Shown here in pieces: positions 1-12,795 of a stretch of DNA of 64,000 nucleotides. Each line of letters opens with the position of its first letter. Position 1 is the stretch's first letter. The DNA comes from Lama glama (lineage: Eukaryota): contig CM052819.1 of NCBI GenBank assembly GCA_028534125.1, positions 97,650,001 to 97,714,000 of the forward strand, written 5' to 3'. Under the pieces are notes generated by a model. It ran no database searches. It saw only the letters and a list, made by a program, of their open reading frames with translations, and had not been told where the DNA came from. Position numbers and translations under genes: made by a program.

Positions 1-1374
1 TCATTTTTGGTTTGAGAAGACACTGGGGATCCCGGAGAAGATCAGAGTCGTCAGGGCAGCTGCACTTGTTTACGAGGGATGAGCAGAGTCAGGGCGCGCA
101 CAGAACAAAAGCCTCCAGGAGCAGCGAGCGCTGGTCCACCTCCTCCTGCAATCGCCCGCATCATTTCAATGGAAAGCAGAAAAGGTGTAAACGTACAAGC
201 AGCGACAGCAAGCGCCCTGGTTCCTACGTTACCGCTGCTACTATTATTGTTGCGGCTGCTCCTCCTCCAACACAGTGTTCCCGTCTGGTGTGAGCCCGGG
301 CAGACGCCCCGCCACCTCTCCACCCTTTCTTCCATCCATCCTATTTTCCACCCATCCAGGGTCCAGAGAGCCCTACTGTGTGCAAGGCCCTGGGCTGTAC
401 ACCCACCGGGCACCTAACCGACAGTCCACCAGGTCCAAGAGCGCCTCCCTCCCTTCCTCCTGCCCTGGTGGGTGCGGCCAGTGGTGGGGGATTTCATCGC
501 GGGAAGGACCAGAAAGCACAAGCCCAGAATCCGGGAAAGAGGCGCAGCGGGAGGCGGCCCGACTTGGGCGGCCCGGGAGCGCGCGTCTCAGCGGCCGCGC
601 GGGGTCTCCCCGTCTGGCGCTCAGGTGGCTCCGCCGCCCACTCGCCGCTCCCCTCCCCGGGCCCTCCCCTCTCCGGCGAGGGTCGAGTTTGGCTGTTGCG
701 CGCGGGGAAGGAGGGGCTACGAGGGATTTGAAAGTGCACAGGCTGCGGAGTGGAGCTCGCATCTGTTCCCGCCGCCCGCGACCGGATTAAATTTCTGCAA
801 ATTCAAACTGAATGGGGCTTTCTTCTGCTGCCTTCCAGAGGGCGCCTGCAGCCCGCCGCGCGCTCCTCTCGGGCGGGAGCGGCCGCCCGGAGCGCAGCTA
901 GAAGCCAGCGAGCCGGACCCGAGCCCGTGCGGGCCAGCCGGCGGCGGCGAGGGCTGAGGCTGCGGAGGCGCCTGGGCTCGGGCACCAGGCACTCCGGCCC
1001 CGGGACCCGGCACCGGACCGCGCCCCCCGCCGCCCCTCCCGGACCAGCGCGCCCTCTGCGCACCCGAGCAGGGCGACTGTCACTAGCCGCCCGGACGGGA
1101 CCCGGAGTGGGGTCTCTAGGTCCCGAAAGGGGCCCGGGTGACCCTCCGAAGAAGAACTTCTTGGGGGCGGGCCCCTGGGACCCCGTGGCCCAGGCGGCCG
1201 CTATTGTCTGCGCGCGGCGCTCGGCGGCGGCTCGGGGCGCGGGAGCCGCGGGCCGGGCGGGGCCGGGCCCGGGGCGGCGGCAGGAGGAGCCGGGGGAGCC
1301 GGGGAGCCAGACTAGGAGGAGGAGCCGCGAGCGCGGGAGGCGAGCCGGAGCGGCGCGGGCCGCGGGCTAGCGCG

Positions 1375-1635
1375 ATGCCTGCGGCGGCGGGGGACGGGCT
1401 CCTGGGCGAGCCGGCGGCTCCGGGGGGCGGCTGCGGCGCTGAGGACGCGGCCAGGCCGGCGGCAGCCTGCGAGGGNNNNNNNNNNNNNNNNNNNNNNNNN
1501 NNNNNNNNNNNNNNNNNNNNNNNNNNNNNNNNNNNNNNNNNNNNNNNNNNNNNNNNNNNNNNNNNNNNNNNNNNNNNNNNNNNNNNNNNNNNNNNNNNNN
1601 NNNNNNNNNNNNNNNNNNNNNNNNNNNNNNNNNNN
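1375..1635 (+). CDS. HUNK: HUNK coding exon 1 (N-terminus; 3' part in N gap, end inferred)
   Basis: ATG at 1375 reads MPAAAGDGLLGEPAAPGGGCGAEDAARPAAACE, matching the HUNK N-terminus as I recall it. Only 1375-1475 is visible. End at 1635 is inferred from the 87 codons before VAIK in the human protein. Confidence 0.88.
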
Positions 1636-1639
1636 NNNN
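1476..1639. other. Assembly gap (164 N) covering most of exon 1 and its donor
   Basis: N run seen directly. Confidence 0.99.
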
Positions 1640-3987
1640 GCCGCCCGGGGCGCCGGCCCCGGGCCCTCGGGCTGGGCATTCGGGGCGGGAGGGGCAGCGG
1701 GACCCTCTGTGGAGAGAAACGCGCTGCGAGTCCGGCTGCGGAGCGCGGGCCGAGCGCCTCCCTCTCCGCCTGCCTTTGCTCGCGGGTTGAAAGAGCGGTC
1801 GAGCCAAACGCGCGCGCAGGCCCTCGCAGCCCTTCCCGAGGGGTGATCTGGGGTCGCTTTCCCCGGTGGGCGGCTGGTTTACCCGCGAAGCCGCCCGCAG
1901 CCTTTTTGCTCCTCGAAAGGCGCCGCCTGGCGGACAGCGGCGCGGGGGGTAGGGTAGGGGGACGCCGCGCTCGGGGCCGGTAGGGGCTGTAGATCAGCGC
2001 GGAGGCGGGAACCAGGGCTGGAGTGTGTGCGTCCTTCTGTTGTGGGTGGGAGGGCTGATTAGCCAGCCCTTGGGGGAACTTGTAGTCTGATCCCCATCCT
2101 AGGCTGTGGAGAGGAGGTGCGGGAAAGGCCGAGACCACAGGGGCATTCCCCGCTGTGTACTGGGGCGACTGGGGGAACTTTTTCGTGCTCAGAGTAGAGT
2201 TTTCACACGCCGCCTTTCCCTCCACCCGCCCTTCCCACCCCTGCATCCCGCTATCACCGCCAATCATTCCACCCCCTCTCTGGGTCCTCACTCCGGCTGC
2301 TGGGGTGGGAGCTGCAGTCAGGACCCTGCTCTGGCAGGTACAGAAGCACACACTGATACCCCCAGACTGCAGAGGCTGGGAGACTCCTTATCTTTCTAGA
2401 AGAGGGGAAAGCAGAGGAAGACCCCCAGGGTTGTGGAGGAGCACCCCCTCCAGGCTTGTGAGAAGTTGTTGGGTTGTGAGCCCTTGCCAGGCACGGCCCG
2501 GATAGACCTAAGTTACAACTTAGAAGACACTAAAAATATGATGACACGTTTAGGTGAGGATGCCCCAGCCTGGGAGTTACCCCAAGCTTGGAACTGTTTC
2601 AGACTAGGGCTGCCCCAAGCTCATGGTCACCTCAGACTCAAGGCTCCCCATTTTGCCCCTCTGCCCCAGGCTGGGGCTTGCTTAGTACAGGTGAGGTAGT
2701 ACGCCCTTTATGTGGCCCATTCACCAGGGACGCATCAGCAGTATGGGAGGGACAAGGAAGCCCCTGGCTTCCTACCTGCCCTCCCACCCCCTGCCCTGGC
2801 ATCTTCTGCCCAGCCTGGGAGTTCCTGGGAATGCTCTGCAGTGGGACCTCTGATTACAGGGCCAGCAGCCTGCCCTCTGGTCCCCAGCCTCACCTATCTT
2901 TAGTTACCCTCCTTGGTTCCCTACTGTGTCCTGGAGCCGCTTGCATTTGAGTGCAGGTCTCATTTGTCCTCTGTTCCTGCAGCTGCTCTGGGTGGGGTGC
3001 TCCTTTGTTTTGAGTAAGTGGGGTTAGAGTGAGTAGTTTTGGAAGTGCCTCTTGCTTGAATTTCCATGCAAAAGGCACATGATCAGAATTTACTTTCTGA
3101 ACTGAGGATCCCTTCAAAGAAGAAGGAAAAAAAAAAATCCTCCAAGCCTCATTCTAGTCTAGAGGGAGCGCTGCGCACTTTCCTCCTGGGTTCTAAGTGG
3201 GCTGAGAACTTACACAGCCCGTCTGGGCTCCAGGATGCCCGGGGCCCAGCTCGCTGATTACGCTGCGCTCACTTCTCCGTCCCTGTGTAAATTCCTCTTG
3301 GCACAGGTGGCAGGACTTCATTTTCATTCGAAATGTGTAGGATTCAGTCAGGTTGTGTATGCTTCCTCTTGAAACTTAACATAAAGAGACCAGGCTTTAT
3401 GTTGACAGTTTCCTGCGCAGTGTTGTGGCTCCAGTTCCTCCCCGGTGCACTTTTGCCCCATAATATCAGGCTGTTAGCCTTGGCGGAACTGCCCGAGGAT
3501 TCTCTCAGAGCTCAGTCCCCAGCCGGGTGCTTGGGTTCCAGAACACTGTGCGGGGCCCATGGGCAGACTGGAATGCGGGAGACTCCTGCCCGAATAGGGT
3601 CCAGTGAGGAGCCCTCTGCACCCTGAGGTGCTCATGCCCATTTATCTCTTCTTCTTCCTTAAGTGGTGAATCTCACTTTATTTCCGCGTCAGGAGGAACT
3701 ATAAATTGGATGTAAAATTATTTTGCTGGACTGACTGGATCTAGTGAAGGAGGATGGTTCTGAGGATGGAGGAGGGGCTGGGAGATTTTTCTGACGTGGT
3801 CTACTTCAGCCAGGAGAATTGGTACTCCAGGGACTGTAAGAATCGTGAGAAATCTGGATTTTAGTTCACTTAATTGCCAGCTTTAAGGAACCATTGGGTG
3901 TCATTCATAGCCCTTATCTTCCAAATCCAACACCTTTAATGCTTAACTAATAGATTTAGTTTTTGGCAGGTCGTAGGGATTCAAGTG

Positions 3988-3988
<1 letters not shown>

Positions 3989-4035
<47 letters not shown>
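3989..4035. repeat. (TG)n microsatellite
   Basis: About 23 perfect TG units. Confidence 0.97.
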
Positions 4036-4037
<2 letters not shown>

Positions 4038-4659
4038 AACTCTGCCTGGGAAGGATTGCTGAGTTCATGCGTCCCCGCCCCCACTCATGTTCTGGATATT
4101 GTCTTACTAAGGCCAGGACAAAGGTGAAGTCAACCTCACACTATTTGCAGCCTCCAGGTCTCATTAAAAGGTGAGCTATTAAGAGGGTTTTTGCCCAGAG
4201 AAAGGAGTAATCCTGTGAGCCAAACAAGGGGAGACCTTGAGATGACAGGACCCGAGGCAGGGAAACAGGTGTCCCCAGAGGGTGACGTTAATGTCCCAGG
4301 AAGGCCTCTCACCTCAATACTTCCCTCCTTGGCGGAGGGTGTACTTTCTGGAGAAAGCACTTCACTTTTTTTCCTTTCCTTTTCGAAAGGCCACAGACCA
4401 CTGCAAGAGGGGAATTAAGTCATTAACACTGTAGTAAGAAATAGATGTAGCCCCTTATGCCACCCCCTGGGTGGAAGGATCCAAGGCAGTTGTTGTGAGG
4501 AATCAGTTCATTAAAAATCTGAAAGGGCGGATGGAAAAAGGGAGGAAGAGGAGGTGCCCCACATTTGGTCTGCTTCACAGTTGAAGTCTCAAACTGTATA
4601 CATTGTTTTGGGTGATTTATGCCAAAATTGAGAGTATTGCTGGTTTGGGGGCACTTAGA

Positions 4660-4695
4660 GTGTGTGTGTGTCTGTGTGTGTGTGAGAGAGAGAGA
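4660..4695. repeat. Compound (TG)n(AG)n microsatellite
   Basis: Seen directly. Confidence 0.85.
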
Positions 4696-5529
4696 GTTGC
4701 TTTTTGACTTGGCACATAGTCCCAAAACGTTTTGGGTTCCTCCCATGGTTCGCTGGGAATTACTGAGTCCAACTGACAGAAGGAGCCCCCTGACGTTCAT
4801 TTCAGGCTTCAATCCTGTCTTATTACAAGGCTCCTTTCCCCACCACTCCTGCAGGACAGTATTTTTTTTTTTCTTGCCTGCCTCTCACTGAAGTTGTTTG
4901 AAAGTCATTTGAATCAGGACGGCCCTTTTACTGCCTGAAAATAAAGGCTGGCTTTGGGCAAGACCAAATTTTGTCCTCCTTTAGCTTTGAGTTGGTGCAG
5001 CCTCCGTTAATGTGGCTTTAAAAGTAAATAATTCACTCGATCATGTGAAACTCTTAATCGGCGCATTCTCAGTCTGTCTTGGACTAGTTGATGATTAGAC
5101 GAGGAAAAACGATCACAAAATCAGACTTTGAAAAGTATTCTCAGTAGCTTTGAGACAAAGAGCAAAGTTGCTGAGCAGGAGAATCAAGTGACAGCTTTAA
5201 AAGACCCAGAGAGAGGTGTGCTTGCGACCTCTGATGCTGGTCCTCAAAACCTGGGAAGCGCGTAATCGCTGGCACTTCACAGGTTGTTATTGCATTTAAA
5301 AAAATGATAAGGTGTAGCTGCAGAGGCTTACAGAGAAAAGCACACGTGTATCTCAGGTGTCGAGCTGGTTTCACAGGCAGGCAAAGCTGCAAAAACGGGC
5401 AGAGAGTTGATGCCACAATTACCATTTTTGTGATTGTCTCCCTAAGAGACAGAGTTGGGTACATAAAATGATTAGTTAAGATGTTTGAATATTTTGTTCT
5501 AACCATTGGTTTAAAAAAAAAAAATCCTG

Positions 5530-5617
5530 AGTGGAGGGTATAGCTCCGTGGTAGAGCATGTATTCAGCACGCATGAGGTCCTGGGTTCAATCCCCAGGAC
5601 TTCCATTAGAAAAAAAA
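5530..5617 (+). mobile_element. tRNA-Ala-derived SINE (Vic-1-like), short-tail type
   Basis: A box (tagctccgtggtaga), B box (ggttcaatcc), A tail, and flanking aaaaaaatcctg / aaaaaaagcctg TSD. Confidence 0.85.
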
Positions 5618-6899
5618 GCCTGTTTATCACTTTCATTGGAGCTATTTTGGGGCTTAAAAAAAGGATTGCCTGCTTAGTAAGCTGTCAATAATTCTACTTC
5701 GGGCCCTACAGTGCCAGATACCTGGAGTGAAGGAGTTACTAAAAATACAGTTTACTATGTTTTTCAGAGCAGGAAATATGACTAATTTTAGAGATCGCCT
5801 TTTGGCAGATTGTTTTTAACGAGTATTTCTGAAACAAACAGGTGCTAAATCCTGTTTTTTTTTTTTTTTTTGTAAGAGCTAGAAATTTAGGGGTAATAGC
5901 TCTGAGGAATAAGAAATACTTAAGAGAACTGGAAATTCCTATTAATCCTCAGCAGGGATTTCTTGGCAAGCAAGAGGCGTTTGGCAGAAGCACCTGCTCA
6001 GCATGTCATGTGTGACAAGGCAGTGCCTATAATTTCCGAGATTGCAGTTTGCAGGCACAAGCTTTTTGAACTTCCTGCCCGGCCTCATCTTTTTGAAGTC
6101 CTCGCGAACGGTGGAAATTGGCACTTAGGGCTGGCTTCTCAGTGTTCACTGATACGCAGGTCCCATGGACTTCAAAGGGCGCTTGGAGTCGGCACAACAG
6201 TGCTGAGCGGTGCCCACGAAGAGGAGTGCAACCCTCGATTTTCTCTGCAGGTGTGGAGTCACCGGCACAGGCTGGGCTCAGCTGCATCGTGTCGTACAAC
6301 GCCGGCTGCGTGGCAGTCGTCCATCCCAGGGCTTATCGTCCCAGAAGGTGTGGGGGGCGGCAGCGGTGTCTGCCCCGGGGGGAGGGCCAGGCAGGGTGTG
6401 CTCTGTGGGAAGGCGGTTTGGGCACAAAGTGTCATTTACCTGGGGATGGACACCTCGTCTTGATTATTCATGATAACCGAGTGACCTGCTTGCTCTCCTG
6501 GCTAATTGAAACCCACAGATAATCCCCGAGCCTTATTTTTAGCAAACTGGTGAAACCTTTTCCTCTGCTCAGCCTGGGCTCTGGCCACTTTCAAGTGCTG
6601 ACCTGAATTGAATTTCGCCCTCTCTAACGTAGATGCTCTTGGTTGCTAGGATGACCAGAGCAGGAGAGGGGTGAATGGTACCCGAGAAGACAGGTGGAGA
6701 GAGCTGTTGCCTCTCCTTTCTCCTGCACACCAGCTCAGTGGTATAGTGCTTTGTGGTGTATTCAGGGTCTTCCGTGCATTTTCTCATTAGATGCTAGAAG
6801 TGGCCCTGGGTGGGTGAGAATGAACTTGCCAGTGTCCTTACCCCCATTGAGCACGTGGAAGTATGCCCTGGCTAGATTCTTCCTCAACCCTTCTCTTCT

Positions 6900-7332
6900 C
6901 TGTGGCTCGGGCTATCCTAACCAGGTGACTTAACACAACAGAAATGTCTTCTCTTCTACTTTTGGAAGCCTGAAGACCAAAGTCAAGGTGTTGGCAGAGC
7001 CTCTGAAGGCTCAAGGGGAGGGTGCTTCCATGCCTCTTCCAGCTTCTGGTGCCTGCGATCCTTGGCGTCCCCTGGCATGTAGCTACTGCACCCTCATCTA
7101 TGCCTCTGCCTTTGCATGGCTTCTTTTCTCTAGGTGTCTTCCTGGGCACCACATCTCCCTTTCCTTATAAGGACATCAGTCGTTGGATTTAGGGTCACCC
7201 CTAAAATGGTAGGAATGCCCTTTAACTTGATGACATCTGCAAAGACCCCATTTCCAATCAGGCCACATTCACAGGTGCCAGGGGTTGGGACTTGAACACA
7301 TGGTTTGGTGGGATGCAGTTCAACCCACAACA
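6900..7332 (-). mobile_element. MLT1 (ERVL-MaLR) solo LTR
   Basis: Typical motifs: acaacagaaat, caaggtgttggcag, ttataaggacatcagt, ggccacattcacagg, cagttcaacccacaaca. Confidence 0.8.
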
Positions 7333-7349
7333 CCTTCTTAGATACGAAG

Positions 7350-7790
7350 CTTGCATTGCAGGTAATTTCCTGGAAAGTGGACCTTGAGAAGGCGGGGGAT
7401 GTGGTCTTAAGGCTTATACGTAGGACCAGCACCTGGGAGGGGAAGAGAGGGGAGCAGCAAGGCAGCATTAGGCAGAGGAAGAAGTTGGGTCCTGATGCCA
7501 TCCCAGCCGAAGCCCCCACCCTTGCCATGGTGATCTCAGGAGCTGAGATGTCCAAGCTGGGGCTCTATATCTTTATATTGGCTGAGGTGTCCACGTTGGG
7601 GCAAGGGGACCAGGCCTTTATACTTTTGGACCCATCGTTGGATGGGGGCTGCCTTGGGAGGGGGCATGGCCTTGAACACTTGCTGAGGGCAGTTCCTCGG
7701 GTGAGCTCACAGCAGACAGCCAGCAGCAGCAATAGCTGGGGAGGAAGTTCTTAACCCAGAAAAGTGAGCAGTGAGGCCGGATGTCCACGG
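7350..7790 (-). mobile_element. LTR33-like ERVL solo LTR, old
   Basis: Resembles the recalled LTR33 reverse complement (ggcagaggaagaagttgg, ggcaaggggaccaggcctttata, ttggatgggggctgcc, gagggcagttcc). Confidence 0.55.
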
Positions 7791-8379
7791 CTTGCTGGGG
7801 GAGACAGGGCCAGAGCACAAGGTCTCAATTTGAGTTCAAGCTGGTTCCATAAACAAAGTGGGCAGCTTCCCCAGCCCACTTTGCCAACCAAGTTGTGGTG
7901 CCTCCACCTGAAATGAGGGAATAGCATACAGAGTCTACGTTCTAAGCGCTCTGAGCATCCTGGGACTATTCTGGCCTCAGGTTTCTTTGCAGTGAGGATC
8001 CTCAGGGCTCTCTGTTTGGTCTGTGGGTACTTTTAGGGCACTTTCATATGTTCTCTGTGTTTTCTCTTGAGAAATTTATGTCAACAGAGTTTGGCGAACT
8101 TGGTGACCAGTGTGTCTGTCTAATCATGAGGCAGTGGGAGAGACCCTCCCTCCCCCGTCACTCTGGAATTGTGGGAATTTGGATTACTGTCAAATAGAGT
8201 CACGGTTCCAGACACTGGGATGACAGAAAGATTGCTGGAGGGGCTGGAGAGCCATCTCTTAGCATCCTCTTAACCACTTTCTCCTTCATAGCACCGGCAC
8301 TGCTCTACCAAGCTTTGCAATTTCTAATTACTAGGTTTTTTTTGGTTGTTAATCACTCGTGTGTGCGTGTTTTAAGATT

Positions 8380-9330
8380 CATATGGTTACATTTTGGAAT
8401 AGGTAATGCAGACACATGGTCTACAATGGAAAAGTTTCAAGAGGGGAAGCAGTGAGAGGTAATTCTGCCTCCATCTGTGGGCCTCAATGATGAGTTCCTC
8501 TCCCCAGAGGTAGCCCGACTTCTAGCCTCCTGTGTGGCCCTCCAGACATACTCCATCTGCATACAAGTGTACATACATCTGATACTCTATGTGCATACAT
8601 TTGTAAATGTAGAGAGAAAGATGTATTTTTACACTGTACATGCTGTTCGGTATCTTGCTTTTTTAGCAACTTAGCAATATGTCTTGAACATCTTTTCCCT
8701 AAATTACTACAGAATTGCCTTATTCTTTTTAATTCCTGCATAGTATTCATTGTATGGTGGTACCGTGTTTACTTTTCCATTCCCTGCTGATTCAGTCCAT
8801 AGATGTTATTTAAAAAATTGAGCACAATTGAAAAATGGGCATTTAGGTTGTATACAATCTTTTTTTACTCCCAAATTGTGCTGCAGTAAATTTTATCTGT
8901 GCCTATGTGTCATTTTGTAAATGTTTCAAGTATACCTAAGGAATAAATTCCTAGTCTTAGGTGAGAGGGTATGATTATGTTAACTGTTGATGAATATTAC
9001 CTGCCATAGAGGTTGTCCCAGTTTATACTTCCATTAACCTGGTATGGCAGTATCTTTCCACATCTTTGTCAATATAAGGCAGTCTCAAACTTTTTGATCT
9101 TTACCAATCTAGTAGAGTAAACATGGTATCTTGTTTTATGTGGATTTCTCGTATTTTTGAGTTGAGCATATTTTCATATGTCCAACAACAATTTTCATTT
9201 CTGCTAATTTTTTCATGTCCATTCACCATCTTCCCTTGGGTTTTTGGTCCTTTTCTTATTGATTTATAGGCACTTTTTATATATTAAGGCAGTTAGTCCT
9301 CTTTCAGTGATGTATTTTGAAGCCTCCTCC
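8380..9330 (-). mobile_element. Old L1 (L1M-type) 3' region, degraded
   Basis: T-rich with L1 motifs (gcatagtattcattgtatgg, ataaattcctag, gttgagcatattttcatatg). Confidence 0.65.
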
Positions 9331-9354
9331 ATCTTGCCTGCTCCCTGTTTATTC

Positions 9355-9995
9355 TTTTTTTTTTAAATTGAAATATAGTTGTGTAGTATAACATAACATT
9401 GTAGTTTCTGGTGTATAGCGTAGTGATTCAGTTGTACATATATAGATATTCTTTTTTACATTCTTTTTCATTATAGGATATTTTAAGATATTGAATATGG
9501 TTCCCTCTGCTATACAGTAGGACCTGTTGTTTTTCTACTGTATATACAGTAGTTACCATCTGCAAATCCTGAACTGTCAAATTACCCCTTCACCCTCCCC
9601 TTTCCCCCTTGGTAACTTTTCCCCTTTGGTAGCCATAAGTTTGTTTTCTGTGTCTGTGAGTCTGTTTAGTAAATAAGTTCATTTGTATCGTATTTTAGAT
9701 TCCACATATAAGTGATACCATATGGTAAGTTTTTTTTCCTCTTTCTGACTTACTCTACTTAGTATGACAATCTCCAGGTCCATCCATGTTGCTGCAGATG
9801 GCATTATTTCATTCTTTTTTATTTATGTCTGAGTAGTGTTCCATTGTGTATATATACCACATCTTCTTTACCCAGGCAGTATATATTTAGGTTGCTTCCA
9901 TATCTTGGCCATAGTAAATAGTGCTGCTGTGAACATTGGGGTGCACATATCTTTTCAAATTAGTTTCCGCCAGACACATGCCCAGGAGTGGGGTT
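9355..9995 (-). mobile_element. Artiodactyl-type L1 3' end
   Basis: Poly-T, then aattgaaatatagttg, ttagattccacatataagtgata, tccatccatgttgctgcagatggcatt. Confidence 0.85.
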
Positions 9996-10008
9996 GCTCT
10001 CACCAGCT

Positions 10009-10750
10009 GTATAGTTTGCTAGTGCCGCTGTAACAGAGTATCACACACTGGGTGGCTTAAACAGTAGAGACTTATTCACACGGTTCTGGAGGTCAGAGTC
10101 CAAAATCAAGTTGTTGGCAGGGTTGGCTCCCTCTGACGGCTGTGAGGGAAGGATCTGCTGCTCTCCTTGGTTTGTGGGTGGCTGTCTTCCCTCTGTGTCT
10201 TTTCACATGCGTGTCTGTCTCTGTGCCTGCGTGTCCCCTTTTTATGAGGATGCCAGTCATACTAGATTAGAGCCCACCCTAGTGTCCCCTCTTTAATTGA
10301 TTACCTCTGTCAAGATCATTGTTGCCAAATAAGGTCCCATTCTGAGGCACTGTGGTTAGAACCTACTATAGTCTGAGTTTTGTGTCCCCTCAAATTTCAT
10401 ACATTAAAACCAATTCCCCAGTATGACAGTATTAAGAGGTGGGGCCTCTGGAAGGTCATTACATGATGGGGTTTGTGGTCTTAAAAAGAGACCCCAGAAG
10501 TCTCTTCCCTTTCTGCCTTGTGAGGACACAGCAAGAAGATGGCTGTGTGTGGACCAGGAAGAGAACCCTCCCCAGACACCAAATCCGCCTTGACTTTGGA
10601 CTTCCCTGCCTCCAACTCTGTGAGAAATAAATTTCTGTTATTTACAAGCTACCTAGCCCATGGTATTTCTTTTTATAGCAGCCTGAACAGACCAAGATAG
10701 GTCTTAAACATACGAATTTGTTGGGGGGGTACTCAGTTCAACTCAAAATC
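10009..10750 (-). mobile_element. MLT1 solo LTR interrupted by a second MLT1
   Basis: Minus-strand MLT1 motifs at 10009-10365, resuming at ~10700 (aaacatacgaatttg...cagttcaactc). Confidence 0.7.
10366..10699 (+). mobile_element. MLT1A-like solo LTR nested in opposite orientation
   Basis: tttgtgtcccctcaaatttcata, gtgaggacacagcaagaag, gtgagaaataaatttctg, gcagcctgaacagaccaagata. Confidence 0.75.
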
Positions 10751-12444
10751 TCACCTGATCCCATGGTATATATTTATATGTTCAGGTGTTTATTTGTCTC
10801 CCCACAAGACTGGAAGCCCCATGAGGAAGGGGTCTGTGCTCCGTCCTCGGTGGCTAGAATAGTACCTGGTACAGAGGAGGTGCTCTGTAAGTAAACATGT
10901 TTTGAATGGGTGAAAGAATGCTCTGCTCTCCCCAGGACATGAGGTTAGCCTTCTGGACGATAGTGTCCCCATTTGGCCAGGGATGGTTCTGAAAGCCCTG
11001 TCTCTCTCACCTCTTGCAGCTCCTGGGTGTGTGTGTGTGAGCGATGAGTAGATGGGACAGGCTGTCTAACTGGCGCTCTTTGGGAAGCATCCCAGCCCCG
11101 GAACAACCGTGTCTCCTGCAGGGACTTGTTACGGGACTTGGTATCAGAGTGACCAGGCAAGGCAGAGGAATATTCTGCAATGTCATGGGGCTGTTAATGG
11201 ACCCTCAGTTCTTTCCTGAGAAAATGTTCCAACAGTGCAGCAGATGGGTGATGTTGCTATTTGCAAACATACATTTTTTTTGGATGTTTCCCATGGAGAT
11301 ATATGAAGTTTTGGATTCTGTCTCTTTGACTACAGTTTTTTTTTAAAATAAGTTTATCAGTCTCGTGGCCAAATTGCTGCCAAAACATTTAGCAAACCTG
11401 CTTACTTCTCTTGCCCGTTCTCTGAGCCATTTGCTCTGTTCTCATCCCTTTCCTTGCGTTACCCCTGTCACTTTTATCTCCTGTGAGTTCTTGTCTTACA
11501 TCCTGCCCCATGGCTTTTTGGGAAGGTGTCTGGCCATCTTTCTGACTCTGTTGAGACAGTCTTGTTCCACGAATTTCCTCTCCTGGTCATGACTTGCTCT
11601 TTGTCAGCTCTGTGAATAGCACCCGGGAGGGTGGACAGCGGTGATGGATGTACACACTGCGTGTGGTGCTGAGGGACAGTCTGTTTAGGATGATGGGATG
11701 AAGTTCAGGTTCTGGAGCAGAGCAGGGCTTTTGTGACCTTCTGAGTCACCAAAACCTACAGGAAAGGACTGAGTGCTTCCTCTTGGCTTTGACCATGAGG
11801 ATGTAATACTGATAATGATGGTAATAATTAACATTTATGGATTGCATACCATCTGCTAGGCTATGTCTGAAAACCCTGTCCCTCTCTGCTGCATGATAAA
11901 ATTTATTCCTTACAATGACCTTTTGTAGTAGGTACCATTGTCCCGATTTCGCAAGTTAGGTTGACCAGCCATCTTGAGGTGCCCGAGAGTCTGGAAAGTC
12001 CCGAATTTTGGGAAACTCCTCAGGTAACAGCAAAACCAGATGAACCCAAGGGAGCATTTCATCCATGTTTGAAATCTTACTAAAGGATTTCAGATACAAG
12101 TATTAAAGAGCAATTCATCAGATTGTGAATCAGGGATGAATGAACCAAAGCCCAAAGCCCTGGGCATGACTGGGATGCTTGCTGTGGATGATGACCTTCT
12201 CGGATGGTCCTGGGTAGTGAGGGGGGCCTTTTCCCACCCCTTGGCTCCAACGTGCTAGGTTCACAGTGCACTCCGAGTCTCCAAGCGTGGGCAGAGGTAC
12301 TGGGCTGTCATCTTTTCCAAGTTCACTATGAGATGAAGAGCTTGAGCCTGGGGTGTATGTGTGTGTGTATGTGTGTGTGTGTGTGTACTATTAAATAAAC
12401 ATCATAGTACCAAGCTAATTATAAACACAACTTTGTGGTAGCAG

Positions 12445-12795
12445 ATTTTTCTTTTTTTAAACTTTTGAAAAATTGAAGTATAGTTGATTTACAATGTTGT
12501 GTTAGTTTCTGGTGTACAGCATAGTGATTCAGTCAAACATATACATATTCTTTTTCAGATTCTTTTCCAAGATAGCGAATATAGTTCCCTGGGCTATACA
12601 GTAGGTCCTTGTTTATTTATTTGTATATATATAATAGTGTGTGATGTTAATCCCAAACTCCTAATTTATCCCCTCCTTTCCCTTTGATAACCATAGTTTG
12701 TTTTCTGTATCTGTGAGTCTATTTCTGGTTTGTAAATAAGTTCATTTGTATCCTTTTTTTTTAAGACTTCGCATATAAGTGATACGGTATGTCAG
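12445..12795 (-). mobile_element. Artiodactyl-type L1 3' end
   Basis: aattgaagtatagttgatttacaatgttgtgttagtttctggtgtacagc, same family as 9355 and 60869. Confidence 0.85.

Larger units (their letters stand above)
480..2010. promoter_or_regulatory. HUNK: CpG island spanning HUNK promoter, 5' UTR, exon 1 and start of intron 1
   Basis: Very high GC and CpG density with many GC-box-like motifs around the ATG at 1375; CpGs fall off after ~2010. Confidence 0.9.

Noticed and set aside
12-2351. Many long overlapping ORFs, including 411 aa on the minus strand
   Set aside because: Explained by stop-codon scarcity in the CpG island and read-through across Ns; low-complexity Arg/Pro/Gly products. Only the frame from ATG 1375 matches a known protein.
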